From a virus (Duplodnaviria > Heunggongvirae > Uroviricota > Caudoviricetes): 64,000 nt of DNA. Under the pieces are notes generated by a model. It ran no database searches. It was given only the letters and a program-made list of their open reading frames with translations, and was not told the origin of the DNA. Within the stretch, counting starts at the first letter, position 1, and each line of letters opens with the position of its first letter. The translations under genes and the position numbers were made by a program. Positions 28,735 through 36,737 of this stretch are shown here, piece by piece. Where the stretch lies: the IMG/VR virus record IMGVR_UViG_3300045007_000064, positions 60,236 through 124,235 of that record. One strand, given 5' to 3'.

Positions 28735-28775
28735 GATCTTAGGGTACCACACATCTGCGCTATGTGCAAACGAGA
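28735..28775 (-). promoter_or_regulatory. distal promoter of rsr; copy A of the repeated promoter-and-leader module
   Basis: Minus-strand TTGCAC, a 17-nt spacer, then TACCCT, followed by the leader motif CGAAGCCGAGCCGAAG...GGGTTATC. Confidence 0.45.
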
Positions 28776-28834
28776 GTCCCACCCGTACTTAGGTTTCGGG
28801 GTGGGACTCTCTGGCTCGCATTACGCACTTACTA

Positions 28835-30655
28835 CTATGGCAGAAGCTCGCGGAACTTGTCAAGTAGACCAGCGAGAGCGATGGCTTCATCCTTCGAGAG
28901 GGTGATCGTCCACTGATCCTTCGGGGTCTCGGGCTTCGGGTCAACCGGAGTGGTCGGCTTCTCGGCAGCGAATCCCTTTGCCAGTTCGACAATACGATCC
29001 AGGTTCATGCTCGGACCCGGGCAAGCCGTAGCTGCACCGGGGGTCTCGCGGTGACCGATGACGTGCGTGCGGTCAATCGGGAATCCGTAGCGCTTGGATG
29101 CCCAGGCTACCAACTTAGCGATGGCGATGTGGCTCGCTTCCGAGATTCCCCAGTTCGGGTCTCCGGAGGTGTTCTGGGTCTCCACCGTGACGGCGTTGTA
29201 GTCGAACGCACCCGAGGTCCATGCGCGGAAGTTGTCGGGCGGTACAATCTCAGACACCGATCCGTCCGCACCGATCAGCCAGTTGGGGCTGACCTTGCGG
29301 TCGTTTGCGTTCATGAACCGATCACGCAAGCCAACAACCGAGGTGGTTGCAGCCGCGTGGTGGATGACAAAGTACTGAACCTTATCTCCCGGTCGGCGCG
29401 GGCTGGAGTTGGAGGAGTGATCCCACCACACGGATTCCGGATACGTCGCCTTGACAGGCTTCGGGTACTGAACCGGCTTCGGGTCCGCGGGGATCGAAAC
29501 CGACGTGAACTTCTTGTCCGTGTTCAAGAACTCCTGGAGCTTGCGGATTGTGTCGGGGCCAATGGCACCGTCAACAGTAGCGCCAACGTTGATCTGGAGA
29601 GCCTTCGCGGTGTTCGGACCAACCTGACCGTCCTGCGTGATACCTACGGCCTTCTGGAATGCCTTCCAGGTGTTCGGGCCTAGCTCGCCGTCCTCGGTCG
29701 ATCCTACACGCTTCTGGAACGCCTTGATCGTGAGCGGACCCCACTGACCGTCAACCGTCAGCTTGGTCGGCGTCGGAGTAGGTGTCGGGGCGGGGGTGGC
29801 AGGCTTAGGCTTGAAGCCTCCGTTGTTGAGGCTCGTCTGTAGGGCCTTGATCGTGTTGGGACCCATCTGGCCGTCTACAGTCGTGCCGATGGCCTGCTGG
29901 AGGGCGCTGTAGGTCTTCGGACCCAGCTCGCCGTCAACCGCCACACCAAGCCACTTCTGGAGGGCCTTGGTGGTCGCAGGACCCCACTGACCGTCAGCCG
30001 TAACGCCGAGGCGCTGCTGTAGAACCTTCACGGTCGCAGGACCGAGCTTGCCGTCAACAGTGAGCTTGGCCTTGCCAGCCTGAACCTCGTTGTAGTACTT
30101 CTGGTGTGCGGTCTGCGTACCGGCACCCCACTGTCCGTCAATCGCTCCCGAGTATCCGTAGGCACGGAGGAATGTCTGGTAGCGCTTGTAGGCTGCGGTG
30201 GTGGCTGCACCCTGCTGACCGTCCACAGCCAGCTTCTCGCCGCGAGACTGGTTGAGCCATGCCTGACGGTTCTTCGTGTCCTGGTTACCGGCAGACGCTC
30301 CGCCTCCGCTGGTGCGGTAGCGGTCCTCGTTCGGGAAGTACTCGAAGTGCCACGGCTCGACAAGCTTTCCGTTACGGTAAACGGTACGACGCCAGCCGTG
30401 AGACTGAAGCATCGCTACGTGGTTCTGGCCTTCGTTCGTGTCGATAGCCGAACCCTTCTCGTGGAGAGAGGTTCCGGGGCGCGCAGCGATGGGGTAGCCG
30501 TAGCGCTGGTAGCGGTCCCAGTGGGCCTGCTGCTGAGCGCGGGTACGGCCCGCCTCGGTGATCTGCATGCGGTGGCCCAGGGCCTTGTCGATGCGGAAGA
30601 GGGACTGTGCGGGGGCGTCATTCAGCCAGCCGCGTCCGCCGCCAAGATCAGTCAT
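28835..30655 (-). CDS. endolysin (lysin A) with M15 peptidase, peptidoglycan-binding repeats and amidase-2 domains
   Basis: N-terminal VanY/M15-like region (SLHEKGSAID). Six or more LGxxxDGxxGPxT peptidoglycan-binding repeats. C-terminal N-acetylmuramoyl-L-alanine amidase-like region. Confidence 0.85.
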   Translation of the reverse strand: MTDLGGGRGWLNDAPAQSLFRIDKALGHRMQITEAGRTRAQQQAHWDRYQRYGYPIAARPGTSLHEKGSAIDTNEGQNHVAMLQSHGWRRTVYRNGKLVEPWHFEYFPNEDRYRTSGGGASAGNQDTKNRQAWLNQSRGEKLAVDGQQGAATTAAYKRYQTFLRAYGYSGAIDGQWGAGTQTAHQKYYNEVQAGKAKLTVDGKLGPATVKVLQQRLGVTADGQWGPATTKALQKWLGVAVDGELGPKTYSALQQAIGTTVDGQMGPNTIKALQTSLNNGGFKPKPATPAPTPTPTPTKLTVDGQWGPLTIKAFQKRVGSTEDGELGPNTWKAFQKAVGITQDGQVGPNTAKALQINVGATVDGAIGPDTIRKLQEFLNTDKKFTSVSIPADPKPVQYPKPVKATYPESVWWDHSSNSSPRRPGDKVQYFVIHHAAATTSVVGLRDRFMNANDRKVSPNWLIGADGSVSEIVPPDNFRAWTSGAFDYNAVTVETQNTSGDPNWGISEASHIAIAKLVAWASKRYGFPIDRTHVIGHRETPGAATACPGPSMNLDRIVELAKGFAAEKPTTPVDPKPETPKDQWTITLSKDEAIALAGLLDKFRELLP

Positions 30656-30803
30656 CGGTCGGCTCCACTTCTACAATGTCGGTTCCGTCCTCAGTCAGCG
30701 CAACGTAGACCGCTTCGCCGTCCTTACGGGTGGTCAGGATGCGTGGGACACCGGTCGTCTGTAGCGTGTACAGAAGGGTGTCATCTGTGTATGGATAAGT
30801 CAT
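30652..30803 (-). CDS. small hypothetical protein (49 aa)
   Basis: Its stop overlaps the lysin start as ATGA; good GC3 bias; no transmembrane segment. Confidence 0.4.
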
Positions 30804-30868
30804 ACTACTATCATACTACTCGCACAAATTCTGAGTTCTGGGCTGGTATGATACTGTCGGCGGACACG

Positions 30869-30902
30869 AAAAAGCCCCGATCAGCAATGACCGGGGCTTT
30901 TC
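30869..30902. terminator. bidirectional rho-independent terminator
   Basis: AAAAGCCCCG-loop-CGGGGCTTTT. Confidence 0.6.
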
Positions 30903-30992
30903 TAGAGGATCGTGAACATGTTGTGAAGATCGGTGTTTGAGCTAGGTTCCGGACCAGCGCACGAGTCGAACGTGCTTTCGCCTGTGTTTGAG

Positions 30993-31025
30993 ACAGATAA
31001 CCGATACCTCTTCGGCTCACGAAGT
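30993..31025 (-). repeat. copy B of the leader motif
   Basis: Plus strand reads GATAACCGATACCTCTTCGGCTCACGAAG; the reverse complement is GAGCCGAAGAGGUAUCGGUUAUC. Confidence 0.5.
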
Positions 31026-31085
31026 AAATCGCGAAGATGGTGTGGGAGTCGGAGAGCAGCCGTAGCTGCGATTGCGACCTATTCG

Positions 31086-31120
31086 TAAGATAACCGACTG
31101 TCCCTTCGCCTCGCGAAGTC
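31086..31120 (-). repeat. copy C of the leader motif
   Basis: Plus strand reads GATAACCGACTGTCCCTTCGCCTCGCGAAG. Confidence 0.45.
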
Positions 31121-31192
31121 TATGTGTAGTTTTCAAAGTAGTGGAGAACGAACATGGGGTGCAAGTGGGGATTGGATTCATTTACAGTGAAG

Positions 31193-31258
31193 GATAACCC
31201 ACGAGCTTCGGCTCGCTCTCGATAAATCTATAGTACCACAGCTAGAAGCTGTGTGCAA
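31193..31258 (-). promoter_or_regulatory. promoter D plus leader (third copy of the module)
   Basis: Minus-strand TTGCAC at 31253-31258, a 17-nt spacer, TACTAT at 31230-31235, then the leader GAGCGAGCCGAAGCUCGUGGGUUAUCC. Confidence 0.5.
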
Positions 31259-31261
31259 GTC

Positions 31262-31441
31262 CTAGGCGAACTTTTCTTGGAGATAGGCGAGGTACGCGCG
31301 GGCGTCCTCTTCCGGCAGGGTGACCGTCTCCGCACCCACGGTGATGATCAGGTCTGTGACGGTAGGCTCACCCGAGCCAGCCGTGGTGCGCGTGTGAGAT
31401 AGGAACCGCTTCGGGTTCAGGGGGCTGCGTGTGAATGTCAT
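31262..31441 (-). CDS. small hypothetical protein (59 aa)
   Basis: Under 60 aa. Very strong GC3 bias; lies between the SPFH-protein gene and promoter D. Confidence 0.45.
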   Translation of the reverse strand: MTFTRSPLNPKRFLSHTRTTAGSGEPTVTDLIITVGAETVTLPEEDARAYLAYLQEKFA

Positions 31442-31461
31442 GGGGCAAGCATAGCAAAGGA

Positions 31462-31493
31462 CCCAGAGTTTTACAACCCTGGGTCCTTCACTT
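31462..31493 (-). terminator. hairpin downstream of the SPFH-protein gene
   Basis: AAGGACCCAG...CTGGGTCCTT. Confidence 0.4.
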
Positions 31494-31504
31494 ACTGCTG
31501 GGTG

Positions 31505-32470
31505 TTACTTGCGGGTGTCCAGGAGGAGGTCTCCGTTGCCGCCATCGATGATGTAGTTGCCGTTCTTGCTGGCCTCGATGATACCCTCGATGCGGCGAAG
31601 CTCCACGACCTCGGGCGTCAGCGACTCGGAGAGCAAGCGGTTGGCCTCAGCCTCACCGCGGGCCTTCTCGATGTCGGCGTTCGCCTGACCCTGCGCCTCG
31701 ATCAGCTTCTTCTCGGCGTTGACCTCAGACGTGCGCTTCTCGGCCTCAGCCTTCTGCGCGGCCTGGTTCGCCTCCTCGATCTGCGTCAGAGCGGTCTCGA
31801 CCGACTCGGGGTAACGCACATCCTGGATGGTGATGGTCGTGAACTCGACACCGTACTGCTTCAGCTTCTCGTTGAGCTTGGTGCGGATCGCCTCTTCCGC
31901 CTCACCGCGCTGGGTACCGCGGAACTCGACCGCCGTGTACTCGGCAGGGACCTGGCGAGCGATGGAGAGGAGCTGCTTCTGGACGATCTGCTCCGTGAAA
32001 CGCTCCTGCGAGCGGAAGTCGGAGTAGATGTCCTCCAGGTACTCGGTACCCAGGGAGTAGGTCGCCACGAGGTCGATGTTGGCGCGGGTCGAGCCGCCGT
32101 CCACACCACCGACGTTGACGGTGATTTCCTTGCCGCTCACCGAGCCACCGGAGTAGCTAGGGGTCTCGCTGCCGTTACCGGCGAACGTGAGCTGCTGGGA
32201 GAAGAGGTCGAAGTCCACGAAGTCGTTGAGCGGAGACTTGAAGCCCGCACCCGGCGTCTCGATGGTTCCGACGATGGTCTTGTCCACGGAGTTGACGACG
32301 ACCTTCGCCTCACCGACGCCGTTCTGATAGAACGTGCCGAAGAAGAGGAAGATCGCACCGAGGACCGCGAGGCCCGCCGTGGCAAGCCCGGCGACCTTGA
32401 TCTTGCCGAAGATCGCCACAAGAAGCGCGATTGCCGCAAGGACGAACGCGATGACTGCAAGTACGAACAT
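31505..32470 (-). CDS. SPFH/band-7 family membrane protein (HflK/stomatin-like)
   Basis: N-terminal transmembrane segment, an SPFH core, and a Glu/Ala/Lys-rich coiled-coil tail. Confidence 0.75.
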   Translation of the reverse strand: MFVLAVIAFVLAAIALLVAIFGKIKVAGLATAGLAVLGAIFLFFGTFYQNGVGEAKVVVNSVDKTIVGTIETPGAGFKSPLNDFVDFDLFSQQLTFAGNGSETPSYSGGSVSGKEITVNVGGVDGGSTRANIDLVATYSLGTEYLEDIYSDFRSQERFTEQIVQKQLLSIARQVPAEYTAVEFRGTQRGEAEEAIRTKLNEKLKQYGVEFTTITIQDVRYPESVETALTQIEEANQAAQKAEAEKRTSEVNAEKKLIEAQGQANADIEKARGEAEANRLLSESLTPEVVELRRIEGIIEASKNGNYIIDGGNGDLLLDTRK

Positions 32471-32556
32471 GTCTGTCTTTCTGTCGTTGGATGTTCAGGC
32501 TAGTGCCTTGACATCTACGATCTAAGCACAAGGTTGCTCGCCCTGTCAAGTCTGAT

Positions 32557-32937
32557 CTACCACTTTCTCCCAGCGGCTCTAGTGGCCTTAGCTAGAGCGG
32601 CGTGAGCATCCCTACAGAGCTGGCAACGACACTTACCCTTCGTGTACCTGCTGTGCGTCCCGTGAGGGGAGGCCTTTTCCAGATTCGTCTTCTCCAGATG
32701 ATGGTCGTAGCACAGCACCTGACAATTGGCAAGCTCTCTATCTCTGAACGCCTGCCCTCGGGACCAAATACCGGAAGGCTCAACCGTTTTCAGCTTACGA
32801 TCTATGTGGTCAACTTCCAGTCGATCATCGGAGCCGCAGACAGCACAAACGCCGCCCTGACTGTCAATCCAGTCCTGACGGCGCTTAGCAACCCACTTGC
32901 GCTGATACTCGCGCTTGGCATCTCCTGTGTAACCCAT
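32557..32937 (-). CDS. HNH endonuclease
   Basis: CAVCG...LEVDHID...CQVLCYDHH. Start trimmed to MGYTGD so that it does not overlap the tRNA-Ala gene. Confidence 0.7.
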   Translation of the reverse strand: MGYTGDAKREYQRKWVAKRRQDWIDSQGGVCAVCGSDDRLEVDHIDRKLKTVEPSGIWSRGQAFRDRELANCQVLCYDHHLEKTNLEKASPHGTHSRYTKGKCRCQLCRDAHAALAKATRAAGRKW

Positions 32938-32967
32938 GGTTCGATGGTACCATATCCACAGAGATTT

Positions 32968-33043
32968 TGGTGGAAGATAGGAGATTCGAACTCCTGACAT
33001 CCTGCTTGCAAAGCAGGCGCTCTACCAACTGAGCTAATCCCCC
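32968..33043 (-). tRNA. tRNA-Ala (anticodon TGC), CCA encoded
   Basis: GGGGGAT acceptor with the G3·U70 wobble pair, D-arm GCTCAGTTGGTAGAGC, anticodon loop CTTTGCAA, T-arm AGGAGTTCGAATCTCCT. Confidence 0.75.
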
Positions 33044-33104
33044 AAACTAACCAACATGCATGCGTGGTGCCTCGAAAGACGCTTACGTTGCAGCGGTTGG
33101 TAGC

Positions 33105-33177
33105 GTGGACCAGACGTGATTCGAACACGCAACCTTCACTATGCCATAGTGTTGCTCTACCGTTGGAGCTACAGGCC
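33105..33177 (-). tRNA. tRNA-Ala (anticodon GGC)
   Basis: G3·U70 pair, T-loop TTCGAAT, anticodon loop ATGGCAT; one mismatch in the acceptor stem. Confidence 0.5.
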
Positions 33178-33196
33178 CATATGTTGTTCAGTTGTT

Positions 33197-33273
33197 TGGT
33201 GGAGACGAGCGGAATCAAACCCCTCACACTCTGCTTGCAAAACAAAGTCGCCATTCTTGGTACATGCGCCCCC
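33197..33273 (-). pseudogene. degenerate tRNA-Ala(TGC)-like element, CCA encoded
   Basis: Acceptor, T-arm (TTTGATT loop) and CCA are intact. The anticodon region CTTTGTTTTGCAAGCAG cannot form a proper stem, and the D-arm is aberrant. Confidence 0.35.
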
Positions 33274-33291
33274 GTAGGATGTTCAGTTATA

Positions 33292-33368
33292 TGGTGCCCA
33301 CACCTAGAGTTGAACTAGGACTTACGAGTTATCAGCTCGTCGTGCAGAGACCGCTACACCATGCGGGC
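33292..33368 (-). tRNA. tRNA-Ile (anticodon GAT), CCA encoded
   Basis: Perfect cloverleaf with anticodon loop CTGATAA and T-loop TTCAACT. Confidence 0.75.
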
Positions 33369-33579
33369 AGACAACATACAGGGCGAACATGGGGTGCCAA
33401 CGGAGATTCCATTCTTTCATGGTGTCATACGGGCCTTTCCCCGTCAGGTCATTCACTCTGACCCGAAGGCCATTCACCGGAGTGACACGTCCCAGATTAC
33501 CCTCTGGGAGGTTACTGCAAAGTTACGTGGACCTACGTCCACGGTTTGTGGTGGTTACATTACCTATTAGTGTGATAAC

Positions 33580-33647
33580 CGTATAGCTTCGGCTCGCCCT
33601 GTTGAGTTGTTGGTATCTATCGTAGCACACTTTCTCGGAGTGTGCAA
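33580..33647 (-). promoter_or_regulatory. promoter E plus leader, driving the first tRNA array
   Basis: Minus-strand TTGCAC at 33642-33647, a 17-nt spacer, TACGAT at 33619-33624, then the leader GAGCCGAAGCUAUACGGUUAUCAC. Confidence 0.5.
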
Positions 33648-33653
33648 CTTTTC

Positions 33654-33992
33654 TTACTCGTCTGCTCCGTAGGCTGCGTCACGTGCGCGGCGCAGGAGCT
33701 TGATGAGCTTGTTGATCTGGTAGCGAGACAGGCTGTCCGTGTAGATCGCCCGCTTCGTCACCTGTGGATCATCCTTCAGCGATTCCGCGTTTGCGATCCA
33801 CTGCTCGCGCGGGAACTCGATGCTGAGTTGGACGTGACCCATGTCACGACTCCAGTTTAGCTCAACACCGGGGGCGTAGTCAATGTGACCGCCCTCTGGA
33901 ACTTCACCAGGTTCACCGACTCCGGCGTTGACCTGGTGGCCTTCCTTGTTGTAGATGTCCCACGATGAGGGGACGACAGTTTCCTTGGGCAC
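33654..33992 (-). CDS. hypothetical protein
   Basis: ORF. Confidence 0.45.
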   Translation of the reverse strand: MPKETVVPSSWDIYNKEGHQVNAGVGEPGEVPEGGHIDYAPGVELNWSRDMGHVQLSIEFPREQWIANAESLKDDPQVTKRAIYTDSLSRYQINKLIKLLRRARDAAYGADE

Positions 33993-34052
33993 GGTGGCCT
34001 CCTAGTCTCTACCGCATCACGCGGTCTACCCAGCCTCACGCCGGGGAGGAGA

Positions 34053-34454
34053 CTATTCTACCACGGAAAATGCGAGAGCGGCTTCACCAAGAATCTGCTT
34101 TGACAGGTTCTCGGCCTCGATCTTGTTGCCCAGGGCCACGAGGAAGCTCGGTAGCCAGGGCTGATTGCCGGTCGCGTCGTTCTCGTGGGTGAGAATAATC
34201 ACGTTGTTCAGGTTGGTGCGCTGCACCCAGACTGCCGGGTCCACATGGATTTCTTCGCGGTCCTCGTCCAGCACCATCATGTCCAGCTCTTCGCGGCGGA
34301 TGGGGGTGACGCTACTGGGTTCGTCGGTCTCCCGATTCGCCTGCTTGTTCTCCCAGCGCCACAGGTACGCGCCGACAGGCTTGATGGATCGGTTCTCGAA
34401 CCGGTCCCAGTAGGCCATCACCTTGCGGGGGTCGTTGAAAATCAGTACAGCCAT
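34053..34454 (-). CDS. hypothetical protein
   Basis: Start at MAVLIF, overlapping the upstream stop. Confidence 0.45.
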   Translation of the reverse strand: MAVLIFNDPRKVMAYWDRFENRSIKPVGAYLWRWENKQANRETDEPSSVTPIRREELDMMVLDEDREEIHVDPAVWVQRTNLNNVIILTHENDATGNQPWLPSFLVALGNKIEAENLSKQILGEAALAFSVVE

Positions 34455-34828
34455 TACTTGTCCTTTGTCTTCCAGCGGTCTTCGAAATCCTTGCCGTGTT
34501 CCTCTTCCCACGCAGCCCAGTCTTCGAGGGACTTCGGCTCCATGTAGGCAAGCCACAGCTCTATCTCGCCCATTTCGTAGGCGGTCCTGACCTGGAGGTA
34601 GGATTCGTATGCCTGTGTGGCCTTGCCTAGATCGAGGCCGAGCTTGAACGCGTCGGACTCGAAATCGTCGTCCTCCACCCAGGAGACGTACACCTCTTCA
34701 TCGGTGTAGTCATCGCCTTCCTGGAACACTCTGCGGGCGTACTCGCAGGCCTGTTCGACTGACTCGGGGTCGAGACCCTGGTCAGTGGCGTAGCTGCGGA
34801 AGCTATCCAGTCGGTTGTCGTTTGTCAT
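34454..34828 (-). CDS. acidic hypothetical protein
   Basis: ORF. Confidence 0.5.
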   Translation of the reverse strand: MTNDNRLDSFRSYATDQGLDPESVEQACEYARRVFQEGDDYTDEEVYVSWVEDDDFESDAFKLGLDLGKATQAYESYLQVRTAYEMGEIELWLAYMEPKSLEDWAAWEEEHGKDFEDRWKTKDK

Positions 34829-34829
34829 G

Positions 34830-34907
34830 CGCCCCAGGCAGGATTCGAACCCGCATTTTCATCCAGTTACGATTCTCGGAGGTAGAAGCTCCGGTCGGTA
34901 CTGAGGC
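34830..34907 (-). pseudogene. tRNA-like element with an Arg(TCT)-like anticodon hairpin and aberrant architecture
   Basis: Intact 7-bp acceptor stem, T-arm GCGGG-TTCGAAT-CCTGC and hairpin CGGAG-CTTCTAC-CTCCG, but no D-arm and a 22-nt insert before the T-arm. Confidence 0.3.
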
Positions 34908-34914
34908 ATGTCGG

Positions 34915-35223
34915 TCAGTTGCCGATATCGTCCTTCTTCAGGCGATCAACGATTTCGGAAACCATCTTTTCAATTCTCGCGTCTTCCTGTTCTTCCTGTT
35001 CTGCCTGACGCACTTCAACTCGTGCGGCCTGCCAAGCGGCCCAGTGACCGGAGACGAGCGCCCAAACGGAGAGCGCTGATACATATACTACACTAGAGAC
35101 CCATCCGAACGCAAGAGAGGGGATGATCATAACCACCCAGAAGACCGTTGCCCACCCGTTGAATCGGCGCATGAAGACCGGATCACCGATCTTTTCCATC
35201 ATCCAGTCGTAGGTCTTGCGCAT
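34915..35223 (-). CDS. membrane protein (two transmembrane segments)
   Basis: Hydrophobic N-terminal half. Confidence 0.5.
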   Translation of the reverse strand: MRKTYDWMMEKIGDPVFMRRFNGWATVFWVVMIIPSLAFGWVSSVVYVSALSVWALVSGHWAAWQAARVEVRQAEQEEQEDARIEKMVSEIVDRLKKDDIGN

Positions 35224-35235
35224 GAGGTGTTCCTT

Positions 35236-35330
35236 GTTTGGGAGGCGGCGATATGCGGGGGCGAAATAAGAAGTGGCCTACCTCTGCCACTCCCCGCACA
35301 TTCTTCTGTGGGGTACGCGCCGCCTCCCAT
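35236..35330 (-). promoter_or_regulatory. large structured element in the 5' UTR of the membrane-protein gene
   Basis: 11-bp inverted repeat GGGAGGCGGCG / CGCCGCCTCCC enclosing about 75 nt that contain an inner GCGGGGG / CCCCGC stem. Confidence 0.4.
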
Positions 35331-35354
35331 TTGGGAGACGGCTAAGGTCTGAAG

Positions 35355-35535
35355 CTATGCCGTCTGGTCATACGCTCCTCGAATCCGTGCGTACGCATCG
35401 ACATCGAGGATAAACGAAATCCACTGATTGCTGGCCCAGCCGTGTGACCGCGCAAGGGTCTGTGCCTCCGAGAGGCTTCTGGCGTAAATCGAGTAGATCA
35501 TCTCCATCAGTTTAGCACTGATTCTGATGTTCATA
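35355..35535 (-). CDS. small hypothetical protein (59 aa)
   Basis: Under 60 aa. Moderate GC3 bias; begins 4 nt after the tRNA-Cys gene. Confidence 0.3.
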
Positions 35536-35538
35536 AAG

Positions 35539-35616
35539 TGGAGACCCTGGTCGGAATCGAACCGACAAATTCATTCGCTTTGCAGGCGAAGCGCTTGACC
35601 ACTCACGCACAGGGCC
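35539..35616 (-). tRNA. tRNA-Cys (anticodon GCA), CCA encoded
   Basis: Anticodon arm TTCGC-CTGCAAA-GCGAA and T-arm GTCGG-TTCGATT-CCGAC. Confidence 0.7.
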
Positions 35617-35617
35617 G

Positions 35618-35693
35618 TGGTAGGGTGTGTGGGACTCGAACCCACGCTCGTCAGATTATGAGTCTGGTGCCTTTACCAGCTTGGCTAACACCC
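35618..35693 (-). tRNA. tRNA-Met or tRNA-Ile2 (anticodon CAT), CCA encoded
   Basis: Anticodon loop CTCATAA and T-arm GTGGG-TTCGAGT-CCCAC. Confidence 0.6.
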
Positions 35694-35694
35694 C

Positions 35695-35769
35695 GTCGCT
35701 CGGGTGGGGCACGATCCCACCTACACTCCTTATGAGGGAGGGCCGGAACCATCTCCGGTCTACCGAGCG
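35695..35769 (-). tRNA. tRNA with anticodon CAT and a non-canonical T-loop (ATCGTGC)
   Basis: Acceptor CGCTCGG / CCGAGCG, anticodon loop CTCATAA, A in place of T54. Confidence 0.4.
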
Positions 35770-35809
35770 TCTGCCCCGAAGGGCTATTCAGTTGTTCTAG
35801 TTTAGCACA

Positions 35810-36526
35810 TCACCACCAGGACTGCCCAGCCTTGCGGCGCGGGGTGATGTTCTCACGGTCGAAGGAATCCTCCCAGAACTCCTCTCCCGAGTTGAACTGC
35901 TTGGCGACTTCCTTCAGCGTGTCGCGGGCGATTGCACGCTTAGCGGCGTTGTATCCCTGAGGGGAGCAGCAGGAGCAGCGGTACTTGTAGACGTTGCGGT
36001 CTGCGCCGTACCAGTCTGCTTCCATGTAGCAGGGGTTGGCGTTGCTCCAACGGCTCACCATGAGCGGCTTCTCATCGATGGTGCAGTGATCGGGCACGGT
36101 GTACGCGAGGTAGCGCTCCTGCTTCGGGCGGCGGTAGGTGCCACCCTCCACGAGGGCGCTGTCCGGGTAACCGTGAGCGCGGAGCCACATGGCCTCGGAG
36201 CGGACCTTCGCGTAGTCGCGGGAGCGTGCCACGGAGTAGTCGCGGTTCCAACGCCAGTAGCGAATCTCCTCACCGGATTCCGAGCGCTTGGGGATCGAGA
36301 GTCCCTTGTCGGTGACCCAGGCCCACGAGTACATGGTTTCCGGCTTGGCGAGGAGGTCTCCCACGGTGTGGAAGTACGGAACCTCTTCGAGAACGGTCTT
36401 GCCGTCCTCATCCTTTACATCACGGGTGTACCAGACCTCTTCGCCCAGGCGAGAGTGGTCGTGGTGCTCCACACCGTGATCGTTGACCTTCACCCAGTAG
36501 GGTCGGGTCTTGTCAGTGCGAGACAT
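35810..36526 (-). CDS. hypothetical protein
   Basis: Long ORF rich in Trp, Tyr, Arg and His. Confidence 0.55.
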   Translation of the reverse strand: MSRTDKTRPYWVKVNDHGVEHHDHSRLGEEVWYTRDVKDEDGKTVLEEVPYFHTVGDLLAKPETMYSWAWVTDKGLSIPKRSESGEEIRYWRWNRDYSVARSRDYAKVRSEAMWLRAHGYPDSALVEGGTYRRPKQERYLAYTVPDHCTIDEKPLMVSRWSNANPCYMEADWYGADRNVYKYRCSCCSPQGYNAAKRAIARDTLKEVAKQFNSGEEFWEDSFDRENITPRRKAGQSWW

Positions 36527-36737
36527 TGTGTTCCTATCCGGAACACAGGTGCTAGGCCTTTCCTAGCTCTGGTCCTGTGTTCCTAACACCTGAACAGCGT
36601 TGGGCTGCTCATAGTGACTAGGAACGCGGTGTTGTCGAATTCGTTGCTCATGGGTCCAGTGTAGCACACCTTCCGGGATAACGCAAACGGAGCTTGATCC
36701 TATTCGGGTTAGGATCAAGCTCCGTTGATCTTACAGG

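Larger units (their letters stand above)
30869..31222 (-). ncRNA. candidate non-coding RNA locus of about 350 nt with no ORF, carrying three copies of the GCCGAAG...GGTTATC leader motif
   Basis: Bounded by a consensus promoter at 31230-31258 and the terminator at 30869-30902. The longest ORF in frame is 20 aa. Internal repeats B, C and D are present, and the segment GCGCUGGUCCGG lies near the 3' end. Confidence 0.4.

Noticed and set aside
30104-30940. 278-aa plus-strand ORF
   Set aside because: Antisense of the endolysin gene and the small upstream gene; crosses the bidirectional terminator.
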